Part shown: positions 36,586 to 47,578 of the stretch, one piece after another
How positions within the stretch are numbered: the stretch's first letter is position 1
How the letters are laid out: every line of letters starts with the position of its first letter
Assembly (NCBI GenBank): GCA_024679065.1
Contig: JAGIQG010000048.1
Coordinates: forward strand, 186,001-250,000
Direction of reading: 5' to 3'
DNA: 64,000 bases
Origin: Sphyrna mokarran
Taxonomy: Eukaryota
The notes under the pieces: model-generated
Told to the model about the DNA's origin: nothing
The model's input: only the letters and a program-made list of their open reading frames with translations
Databases searched by the model: none
Made by a program: the position numbers and the translations under genes

Positions 36586-36969
36586 TCAAAATGTTGCCAA
36601 TAGAGATGGGGATGTAGGGACAATGGGGTAGATTTTATCGATTACATTGACACAAATATTTCCTAGGCCTGCATCCAAATCTCAGCCAAATCACAAGAAA
36701 ACATCTCACTAACTTAAACACTAAGCTCTCCAGTAACTGGCGCACTTATAAATTTATTGTGGTGTCCAAGAGGTGTAGACAAAAGTCTGTAGGTAGAAGA
36801 AGGATTGAAATGAGGCCCTCACTGAGTGTTAAAATGGGCGGTACGGGCTTGTAGGGCCGAAGGGCCTGTTTCCTGTGCTGTTCTTTGTTGAGGCAAAGAG
36901 GGATGCAATCTGACCGCGATTCCCCCTTAATAAAACCATGCTGGATCCCCACCTCCAGTTAATATCGGA

Positions 36970-37042
36970 AGGGGTGTAGCTCAGCGGTAGAGCATTTGAC
37001 TGCAGTTTTAAGAGGTCCTCAGTTCAAATCCGAGTGCCCCCC
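36970..37042 (+). pseudogene. tRNA-Cys(GCA) pseudogene
   Basis: Follows the vertebrate tRNA-Cys pattern (GCTCAGCGGTAGAGCATTTGACTGCAG...AGAGGTC...GTTCAAATCC...TGCCCCC), but has an A:C mismatch at the first pair, TTTTA in the anticodon 3' strand and a T-stem mismatch; T-run downstream at ~37071. Confidence 0.8.
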
Positions 37043-38017
37043 TCTCCCCGTTTCCTTGTTTAATGGATACTTTTTTTTCTATTCTAACTGTCTTTCTTTT
37101 GTTGCAAAGCGCGTTCAGCAACTGGGAAAGGCGCTACACAAATACAAGTCGATCTTCCTTCAATCCCAATCCTTTGGTTACCGACCCTTGTCAGTTTGTC
37201 TCTATCTACTCGATCAAGTGGCCCTTTCCCATGTTAGGAGAAGCGAGTAACCACTAAATGGCAGCAATACTGTAGGGAGAGAAACATCAAGGGGGCTTGT
37301 ATAGTATTGAGAACGATATTGTGGTCATATTGCAGTTCTAGACTATGTTTTACGGAAAGAGAATTAGGTTTGGATACACCCAACACTTACTGACACCCTA
37401 ATATATTATCCCTTAGTCTGAGTGGGGAATTCATTACTGCGTTCCACTCTTAACCACAAATGTTTGGTGTCTCAGGACCATCCAGGGGCAGAGGTTGTAC
37501 TTTAATTTTCCACATATCCACACATTCTCGCGCAGTTCCGGATTGTGAATCTAGGCAACAATAAAAATATCTCTCTAATGCTGCTGTTGTCAGGTGCTGC
37601 CAACAAGAATCATTTAATGAATATTTATATCGAACACATTACATGGTACAATATGTACTTATTACAAATATGCAGTTAAAGTTCAGAATTACTGTCTAGT
37701 CTGGATGTGTGTCAGTTCTTTGATATATATCCTCAGCGGGAAACAATCTCTCAATATTCTGCAGGTTTCAGTAAAATTGCCCCTCAGTCTCCTAAACTCC
37801 AGGCAATTTCAGACAGATTGATACAGTCTCTCATTCCAGGAGAATTCACTCATCAGAATTCAGGAAGCTACCAATCAGACCCTGTCTCATGGAAGGGGAG
37901 CCTTTTTTTCCAAAGAAGAGCATTGCGGATCTCAAAAACACCCCCAATATTTCACACAACAAAACCCTGTAAATGAGCATTTTTATTCTAATACAACAAT
38001 CAGTTGGCAATAAAGAT

Positions 38018-38358
38018 CAAAGAACAAAGAACAAAACAGCACGGGAAACAGGTCCTTCCCCCTAACGAGCCCGCACCGCCACCCCGATGTTCCCACCTCT
38101 ACCCGCGATCCCTGTCTATGTTTATAGATCTATGGATTAAAACCAAATTTGAGACAATTTAGGGAGAACTTGTTTTGCCAATTAGCCTAAGAGCACATCT
38201 TTGGGATGTGGGAGGAAACCGGAGCTCCCGGAGAAAACCCACGCAAGCACGGGGAGAATGCGCAAACTCCACAGACACAGGCCCAAATCCATGTATCTGC
38301 ACAGCACAGCGATAGTCACTGAGCTGTCGTGTTGCCCATCAAATGGTCCACGTCAAGC
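38018..38358 (-). mobile_element. Young SINE copy
   Basis: Near-identical to 40692-41038, 41274-41618 and 48061-48390. Confidence 0.85.
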
Positions 38359-39189
38359 GTACACTAACGACGTGAAGCACTAGGATACTCTCGAAAAAAC
38401 TCCAACAGCAGCCCTCTCACGACCCATTGCGTGTATGTCCCTTGGTAGACAACAAGGTGGACCAAAGCACCTGTAGGATAAAAACAAGTACATCAATATC
38501 AAAATGCCCATTTCCCTTCCTGGACCTCAATGCCATCTTTCTACTTTCCTTGTACAAAGACACCAAATTCTGTCAACATATACACTTATAACGAGGAAAG
38601 AGGATGGCCTGGTGATATTATGGTCAGATCGTCAATCCAGAAACTCTGCTCATGACCAATATAACCGGCCTAGATCATCAAACCGTGCAGTCTGATTGCA
38701 ATTTAAATCCTTGTTTTGTCGAATTATATTTGTGTTGAAAATCTAATCCAGGTGGCAGAGTCGTCAATCTAACATAAGATTCAGAAAGTAAAATTTGTCC
38801 CCAATGTTACCTCTTCCTTCATGACAGCAGTTGCCGAATATTATTCAAGCATTGGGGAAATTGAAATTCCACACGGCTGTGAAAATAATGTGATCCCTTA
38901 ATATTCAATAACACTGAGAGATGGGACAACAGTTTTGAAAAGGTTTTGTCAGTCTTTTTTAATACAATAATCAGTATCCTTCAGGAACACATGGAAATGT
39001 TTAGAATTTCATTCTAGATTCTGCAAAATCTGCTGAGAATTTGCACCATCTAATGATTGTTTTATAAATACAGAACATAAAACACGAGATGGGAACGATA
39101 AATGAAATAGTCCCACAAGCTGTTTGCGCGTAACTTTCAATTTCCAAAACCCACCAATCTCATCATTGCTGATGCTGTGAATCTTTTGT

Positions 39190-39374
39190 TGTAAAACGCG
39201 GCAGACATTCTCTCTCTCAAAGGACTGAAATTTCCTTGTAAAACGCGGCAGACATTCTCTCCCTCTCAAAGGACTGAAATTTCCGTGTAAAACGCGGCAG
39301 ACATTCTCTCTCTCAAAGGACTGAAATTTCCTTGTAAAACGCGGCAGACATTCTCTCTCTCTCAAAGGACTGAA
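39190..39374. repeat. Minisatellite, ~47-bp unit x4
   Basis: TGTAAAACGCGGCAGACATTCTCTCTCTCAAAGGACTGAAATTTCCT repeated four times. Confidence 0.95.
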
Positions 39375-39668
39375 TTGTGAATAATCTGGTCTCAATCTCA
39401 GGTCTTGGCAATTAGAAACAAAACAGCTTTCGGGAGCAAGTTTAACTCCATCATCATTCCACTGATTTTTGCCGCCTTGTTGTGTATTTATTTAATTGAA
39501 TACATTTCAGGTTGGGACAGACAGATTCCTGATCCATCTGCGGGAAAATGGAAACCTTACTGAATGTGATAAACCTTAACTTTATCCCTCGTCAAAATTG
39601 GGTTAAATTTTCAACTTCAGTTATTGAGCATAATAATATTTAAAATGCATAACTTTTAACAAATAATA

Positions 39669-40166
39669 TAGAACACTACAGCACAAACAGGCCCTTCGGC
39701 CCACGATGTGCCGGTCACATCTATACCTCTACCAATCCACAGACCTATCTATAAGACCCTATCCCATTCGTTCCCATATACTCATCCAGAAGTCTTTTAA
39801 AAGACCTCAGCGAGTTCGCCTCTACCACCACCGATGGCAGCCGATTCCATTCACTCACCACCCTCTGAGTGAAAAACTTACCCCTAACATCTCCTCTGTA
39901 TTTGCTTCCCTGCACCTTAAACCTGTGTCATCTCGTATGGACCATTTCGGCTCGGGGAAATAGCCTCTGAGAATCCACCCTATCTACTCCTCTCAACATT
40001 TTATAAACCTCTATCAGGTCTCCTCTCAACCTACGTCTCTCCAGTGAGAAGAGTCCCAGCTCCCTCAACCTATCTTCATAAGGCCTGCCTCCCAATCCAG
40101 GCAGCATCCTTGTACATCTCCTCTGAACTCTCTCAATAGCCTCTACATCCTTCCTATAATGAGGCG
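39669..40166 (-). mobile_element. CR1 3' fragment
   Basis: Same subfamily as 214-415 and 59826-60260. Confidence 0.8.
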
Positions 40167-40344
40167 AATATGTTAAAGATAAATGTTCAATAAACTAATG
40201 ACGGCTAACAGTGGAGGGAAAAACACATGATATGTTCTTTTTAATGTTGCCCAAGGATTCAGAGACAGTTTTAACAAAGGAGAGGCAATGAAAGTAGATG
40301 GAGAGAAAAACCAGTGAATACACCACTCCCTGGATGGTTTTGAA

Positions 40345-40690
40345 ACAAGTCTGACAACACCAGGTTAAAGTCCAACTGATTTATTTGATAGTAAACTCAG
40401 AAACTTTCAGGGTTTGCCCTTCCGTCAGGTGAATGGAGAGTTCTGGCCTCAGACAGAGCATATAACAGCACAGACAGTTTACAGATTGCCGATTAGAATG
40501 TGAATCTTTACATCTAACCTGCTATTCAAGTCTTAAAGTGGCTAACAATGTGAGTCTTGGCTTCATGTCACACTATCTGTAATCCCCCAATGACTTGCCT
40601 GGGTTAGCAAAAAAACCTCACTTACTGCGCTGTCTGGAGACAATACACATCTCTCTAACCTGTGCTCAGTGCTCCTTCCACCCACATTGT
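40345..40690. mobile_element. Penelope-like fragment: antisense terminal repeat (40345-40555) joined to a sense piece (40555-40688)
   Basis: ACAACACCAGGTTAAAGTCCAAC terminus, decayed hammerhead core, homology to 9320-9617 with the distal part inverted. Confidence 0.6.
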
Positions 40691-40691
40691 A

Positions 40692-41038
40692 TGCTTGACC
40701 CTGGACCATTTGATGGGCAACACGACAGCTCAGTGACTATCGCTGTGCTGTGCAGATACATGGATTTGGGCCTGTGTCTGTGGGAGTTTGCGCATTCTCC
40801 CTGTGCTTGCGTGGGTTTTTCTCCGGGTGCTCCAGTTTCCTCCCACATCCCAAAGATGTGCTCTTAGGCTAATTGGCAAAACAAATTCTCCCTAAATTGT
40901 CTCAAATTTGGTTTTAATCCATAGATCTATAAACATAGACAGGGATCACGGGTAGAGGTGGGAACATCGGGGTGGCGGCGCGGGCTCGTTGGGCCGAAGG
41001 GCCTGTTTCCCGTGCTTGTTTTGTTCTTTGTTCTTTGT
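40692..41038 (+). mobile_element. Young SINE copy
   Basis: tRNA-like head GGGCAACACGACAGCTCAGTG, SINE core, (TTCTTTG)n tail. Confidence 0.85.
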
Positions 41039-41273
41039 GGTTGTTCTATTTAACCAGCCAGCGGATTCACTCGGTGTGATGGTGGATTCCAATTCTATAT
41101 CTGTGATCACATCAATTCATGTCACTTAGTGTGAACCCAATATTTCTGATAGGATGGGATGTCCCTGTATTTCCAATATGTTGGATGTTTAACCTAATTT
41201 GCTTGATTTTATATTTCATTATTTTCATCTCAGATCTATTTCCACCAGAGGCAAGTCTCTCTGTCAAAGTATT

Positions 41274-41618
41274 AGAACAAACAAAGAACAAAACAGCACG
41301 GGAAACAGGCCGTTCGGCCCAACGAGCCCGCGCTGTCACCCCGATGTTCTCACCTCTACCCGTGATCCCTGTCTATGTTTATAGATCTATGGATTAAAAA
41401 CCAAATTTGAGACAATTTAGGGGGAATTTGTTTTGCCAGTTAGCCTAAGAGCACATCTTTGGGATGTGGGAGGAAACCGGAGCACCCAGAGAAAACCCAC
41501 GCAAGCACAGGGAGAATGCGCAAACTCCCACAGACCCAGGCCCAAATCCATGTATCTGCACAGCACAGCGATAGTCACTGAGCTGTCGTGTTGCCCATCA
41601 AACGGTCCAGGTCAAGCA
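41274..41618 (-). mobile_element. Young SINE copy; mirror 48061-48390
   Basis: Inverted near-identical partner of 40692-41038. Confidence 0.85.
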
Positions 41619-42101
41619 ATTTGCAGTGTGTGTTTTATAGATCAGAGTGAGTTAGGGGCTGGAAATGCGCTGAAGTCACAAATTATAAGAAGGAGCTGTA
41701 TTTAAATGTACAGAGAACATAACAGAGAGACTGGGTTCAGCTGGATTTCTGAAGGGACTAAGGAAAAAGATGTGGGTTTAAAAAAAAAATGGAAAATTCA
41801 GCGTAAACGAGATTTGTGTCCCATTATACTGAACAATTATTTAATAAATCTGGATGAGAAAATAGAGAAATCTTTCAAACAATACAAGGTAAGCTCATAA
41901 AATAATTAGTTGGCAATCGACATATTTACTCGTGGGAAGAGGAATATGAATGCAAGTACATTTTCCCTGTGAATATTACTGACAGAGAGATTAATGCAGT
42001 TGCTTTACTAATTGTTTGCTTTCTGGGGAAAGAGGGAAATAAAATTTCCCCCAAATCTCTCCTCAAACCTGCTTCACTATCTTGTGATGAGACTGGTACA
42101 G

Positions 42102-42136
42102 CACCACCATCTGGTGGCGGCCCACTGTAACTGCAG
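42102..42136 (-). promoter_or_regulatory. Candidate CTCF site (upstream module + 6 bp + core)
   Basis: - strand CTGCAGTTAC-agtggg-CCGCCACCAGATGGTGGTG. Confidence 0.7.
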
Positions 42137-42476
42137 GCGCTGCTGTTCGTGGGTCTCAGAGAAGGTCAGTCACTCGCTGGGAACATCTGCAAAACCTGGG
42201 GCTAAAATGGGAATATTGAACGATATTGTCCGGGATTGGAGTTTCCAGGAGGAGGAGGAGGAATTCGCCCTTTGTTTTATAACCAGACACCGCACATAAA
42301 CCGTGTTCTTCATTCCCCACAGGGGGATATTGTCTGGAGATTGCAGTTGGGATTATTTCAGACTGCAAATTGTACATTCCATGCAGTTCTCAAATGTTCA
42401 TCAGCTTCAGAATATTAGTGGGTAAACTTTTCTGTCCTCTGTACTTCGTTTGTCAGACGTTTTCAAGGACTTCTCT

Positions 42477-43799
42477 NNNNNNNNNNNNNNNNNNNNNNNN
42501 NNNNNNNNNNNNNNNNNNNNNNNNNNNNNNNNNNNNNNNNNNNNNNNNNNNNNNNNNNNNNNNNNNNNNNNNNNNNNNNNNNNNNNNNNNNNNNNNNNNN
42601 NNNNNNNNNNNNNNNNNNNNNNNNNNNNNNNNNNNNNNCACATATAAACACACACCCACACATATNNNNNNNNNNNNNNNNNNNNNNNNNNNNNNNNNNN
42701 NNNNNNNNNNNNNNNNNNNNNNNNNNNNNNNNNNNNNNNNNNNNNNNNNNNNNNNNNNNNNNNNNNNNNNNNNNNNNNNNNNNNNNNNNNNNNNNNNNNN
42801 NNNNNNNNNNNNNNNNNNNNNNNNNNNNNNNNNNNNNNNNNNNNNNNNNNNNNNNNNNNNNNNNNNNNNNNNNNNNNNNNNNNNNNNNNNNNNNNNNNNN
42901 NNNNNNNNNNNNNNNNNNNNNNNNNNNNNNNNNNNNNNNNNNNNNNNNNNNNNNNNNNNNNNNNNNNNNNNNNNNNNNNNNNNNNNNNNNNNNNNNNNNN
43001 NNNNNNNNNCATGTAGACACACACCCACACACACACACACAATAACACACACCACACACCCACACACACTATACAAACACACANNNNNNNNNNNNNNNNN
43101 NNNNNNNNNNNNNNNNNNNNNNNNNNNNNNNNNNNNNNNNNNNNNNNNNNNNNNNNNNNNNNNNNNNNNNNNNNNNNNNNNNNNNNNNNNNNNNNNNNNN
43201 NNNNNNNNNNNNNNNNNNNNNNNNNNNNNNNNNNNNNNNNNNNNNNNNNNNNNNNNNNNNNNNNNNNNNNNNNNNNNNNNNNNNNNNNNNNNNNNNNNCA
43301 CACACCCACATATCACACCCCACCCACCACACCCCACACACATATAACCACAGACACCCACACACACACACTATAACACCCACCCACCACACACATAAAC
43401 AACACCCCCCCACACACACACACACACCTATAAACACACACCCCCACACACACACCCCACTAAACACACACCCACACCACAACACCTAACACACACCACA
43501 CACATAAACCACACACACACCAACATATAAACAAAANNNNNNNNNNNNNNNNNNNNNNNNNNNNNNNNNNNNNNNNNNNNNNNNNNNNNNNNNNNNNNNN
43601 NNNNNNNNNNNNNNNNNNNNNNNNNNNNNNNNNNNNNNNNNNNNNNNNNNNNNNNNNNNNNNNNNNNNNNNNNNNNNNNNNNNNNNNNNNNNNNNNNNNN
43701 NNNNNNNNNNNNNNNNNNNNNNNNNNNNNNNNNNNNNNNNNNNNNNNNNNNNNNNNNNNNNNNNNNNNNNNNNNNNNNNNNNNNNNNNNNNNNNNNNNN
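42477..43799. other. Four N-runs within a CA-rich tract
   Basis: N at 42477-42637, 42666-43009, 43084-43298 and 43536-43799. Confidence 0.99.
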
Positions 43800-43997
43800 A
43801 CACACAGGTCCTGGAGCACTCAGAGATAGCGGACACACACAAATACATAAGCACACACACACACACACAGGTACAGGGGTATACAGAGCTACAGGGGGCA
43901 TATACTGATTCAGGGCTACATGTCAATGCAGGGGCACACAAAGATTCAGGCGAGCACACACACAGATACTGGAAATTACAAAGTTAGAAGGGCACAC

Positions 43998-44345
43998 GCA
44001 GAATCGCGGTATACAGACAGTGAAACTGGGGCACATACAGATACAAAGGTACACAGAATCAGGGGTATACAAACAGTGAAACTGGAGTGTACACAGGTAC
44101 AAAGGTACACAGAATCAGGGGTATACAAACAGTGAAACTGGGGCATATACAGGTACAAAGGTACACAGAATCCGGGGTATACAAACAGTGAAACTGGAGC
44201 GTACACAGGTACAAAGGTACACAGAATCAGGGGTATACAAACAGTGAAACTGGAGTGTACACAGATACAAAGGTACACAGAATCAGGGGTATACAAACAG
44301 TGAAACTGGAGTGTACACAGATACAAGGGTACACACAGAATCAGG
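43998..44345 (+). repeat. 56-bp minisatellite, ~6 units
   Basis: Unit CAGAATCAGGGGTATACAAACAGTGAAACTGGAGTGTACACAGATACAAAGGTACA. Confidence 0.95.
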
Positions 44346-45235
44346 AGCATATACAATCTCTCAGCTTGCACACTGCCAAACTCTCCCTCGTAGTTCCAGA
44401 CTTTTCAATGAGATCCCATCTCATTATTCCAAACCCCAGAGAGAACCGTGTCATGGTATTAAATCCCTTTTCCGAGGGTAACTGCCTCGCACAGTAATCA
44501 ATCCAGTGAACCTTGGTTACACAGACAGTGAGAGCTTAGAGGGAAATAAGAGGAAAATTGGGAAAGGAGATCTAGGCACAGAGAGAGTGAAATAGACTGA
44601 GGCTGATACACAGAAGCAAGGAGAGACAGGTATAGACAGGGAATGGAGCAGTCAGCCATATCACGTGAATGAAACACAGCAGACATACAACCAGGGGCTG
44701 GATCCCACAGGCACTGGCTCTCGGCAGGGTGAGTTTAATTAGGCTTTAGTTTGAGAACCTGACAATGCAGAGAATCCATCAACACAATTAATTTAAGGTG
44801 TTTGTAGAAGTTGGCTCTGCTCGTTCACATTCTCTTTACCCCTAATTGACAATTCAGAGGAGCCAGTGCCTGTGGGATCCAGCCCCTGGTTGTATGTCTG
44901 CTGTGTTTCATTCACGTGATATGGCTGACTGCTCCATTCCCTGTCTATACCTGTCTCTCCTTGCTTCTGTGTATCAGCCTCAGTCTATTTCACTCTCTCT
45001 GTGCCTAGATCTCCTTTCCCAATTTTCCTCTTATTTCCCTCTAAGCTCTCACTGTCTGTGTAACCAAGGTTCACTGGATTGATTACTGTGAGAGGCAGTT
45101 ACCCTCGGAAAAGGGATTTAATACCATGACACGGTTCTCTCTGGGGTTTGGAATAATGAGATGGGATCTCATTGAAAAGTCTGGAACTACGAGGGAGAGT
45201 TTGGCAGTGTACAAGCTGAGAGATTGTATATGCTC

Positions 45236-46812
45236 CTGATTCTGTGTGTACCCTTGTATCTGTGTATGCCCCAGTTTCACTGTTTGTATACCCCTGATTC
45301 TGTGTACCTTTGTATCTGTATATGCCCCAGTTTCACTGTTTGTATACCACTGATTCTGTGTACCTTTGTATCTGTGTACACTCCAGTTTCACTGTTTGTA
45401 TACCCTGATTCTGTGTACCTTTGTATCTGTGTATGCCACAGTTTCACTGTTTGTATACCCCGGATTCTGTGTACCTTTGTATCTGTGTACGCTCCAGTTT
45501 CACTGTTTGTATACCCCTGATTCTGTGTACCTTTGTATCTGTGTATGCCCCAGTTTCACTGTTTGTATACCCCTGATTCTGTGTACCTTTGTATCTGTGT
45601 ATACTCCAGTTTCACTGTTTGTATACCCCTGATTCTGTGTACCTTTGTATCTGTGTACGCTCCAGTTTCACTGTTTGTATACCCCTGATTCTGTGTACCT
45701 TTGTATCTGTGTATGCTCCAGTTTCACTGTTTGTATACCCTGATTCTGTGTACCTTTGTATCTGTGTATACTCCAGTTTCACTGTTTGTATACCCCTGAT
45801 TCTGTGTACCTTTGTATCTGTGTATACTCCAGTTTCACTGTTTGTATACCCCTGATTCTGTGTACCTTTGTATCTGTGTATACTCCAGTTTCACTGTTTG
45901 TATACCCCTGATTCTGTGTACCTTTGTATCTGTGTATACTCCAGTTTCACTGTTTGTATACCCCTGATTCTGTGTACCTTTGTATCTGTGTACGCCCCAG
46001 TTTCACTGTTTGTATACCCCTGATTCTGTGTACATTTGTATCTGTGTACGCTCCAGTTTCACTGTTTGTATACCCCTGATTCTGTGTACCTTTGTATCTG
46101 TGTACGCTCCAGTTTCACTGTTTGTATACCCCTGATTCTGTGTACCTTTGTATCTGTGTATACTCCAGTTTCACTGTTTGTATACCCTGATTCTGTGTAC
46201 CTTTGTATCTGTGTACGCTCCAGTTTCACTGTTTGTATACCCCTGATTCTGTGTACCTTTGTATCTGTGTACACTCCAGTTTCACTGTTTGTATACCCCT
46301 GATTCTGTGTGTACCTTTGTATCTGTGTATACTCCAGTTTCACTGTTTGTATACCCTGATTCTGTGTACCTTTGTATCTGTGTATGCCCCAGTTTCACTG
46401 TTTGTATACCCCTGATTCTGTGTACCTTTGTATCTGTGTATGCTCCAGTTTCACTGTTTGTATACCCCTGATTCTGTGTACCTTTGTATCTGTGTACACT
46501 CCAGTTTCACTGTTTGTATACCCCTGATTCTGTGTACCTTTGTATCTGTGTAACTCCAGTTTCACTGTTTGTATACCCCTGATTCTGTGTACCTTTGTAT
46601 CTGTGTATACTCCAGTTTCACTGTTTGTATACCCTGATTCTGTGTACCTTTGTATCTGTATATGCCCCAGTTTCACTGTTTGTATACCCCTGATTCTGTG
46701 TACCTTTGTATCTGTGTATGCTCCAGTTTCACTGTTTGTATACCCCTGATTCTGTGTACCTTTGTATCTGTGTACACTCCAGTTTCACTGTTTGTATACC
46801 CCTGATTCTGTG
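45236..46812 (-). repeat. 56-bp minisatellite, ~28 units (mirror of 43998-44345)
   Basis: Reverse complement of the same unit with the same unique flanks. Confidence 0.95.
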
Positions 46813-47543
46813 TGTGCCCTTCTAACTTTGTAATTTCCAGTATCTGTGTGTGTGCTCGCCTGAATCTTTGTGTGCCCCTGCATTGACATGTAGCCCTGAA
46901 TCAGTATATGCCCCCTGTAGCTCTGTATACCCCTGTACCTGTGTGTGTGTGTGTGTGTGTGCTTATGTATTTGTGTGTCCGCTAACTCTGAGTGTTCCAG
47001 GACCTGTGTGTACCGAACTGTAAGTGTGTGTGTGTTTATATGTATGTGTATCTGTGTCTGTGTGTGTGTGTGAGAGAGAGTGAGTGAGTGGGTATATATG
47101 TGTGTAGTGTGTACGTATGTGTGTGTGTGTGGTGTGTGTTTATATATGTGTGTGTGTGTGTTTGTGTGTCCCTTGTAAATGTCTCTGCTTTTGTGCCCTT
47201 GTAAGAGAAGTCCTTGAAAACGTCTGACAAACGAAGTACAGAGGACAGAAAAGTTTCCCCACTAATATTCTGAAGCTGATGAACATTTGAGAACTGCATG
47301 GAATGTACAATTTGCAGTCTGAAATAATCCCAACTGCAATCTCCAGACAATATCCCCCTGTGGGGAATGAAGAACACGGTTTATGTGCGGTGTCTGGTTA
47401 TAAAACAAAGGGCGAATTCCTCCTCCTCCTCCTGGAAACTCCAATCCCGGACAATATCGTTCAATATTCCCATTTTAGCCCCAGGTTTTGCAGATGTTCC
47501 CAGCGAGTGACTGACCTTCTCTGAGACCCACGAACAGCAGCGC

Positions 47544-47578
47544 CTGCAGTTACAGTGGGCCGCCACCAGATGGTGGTG
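47544..47578 (+). promoter_or_regulatory. Candidate CTCF site (mirror copy)
   Basis: CTGCAGTTAC-agtggg-CCGCCACCAGATGGTGGTG. Confidence 0.7.

Noticed and set aside
42370-43959. ORFs of 120-325 aa
   Set aside because: Open only because of N-runs
43998-46812. RSS-like array in the 56-bp minisatellite (ACAGTG + 12 bp + ACACAGATA)
   Set aside because: The heptamer reads AACAGTG, lacking the essential CAC, and the nonamer has no A-tract
45236-46812. CRISPR-like periodicity
   Set aside because: Head-to-tail units with no unique spacers, no cas genes, vertebrate DNA
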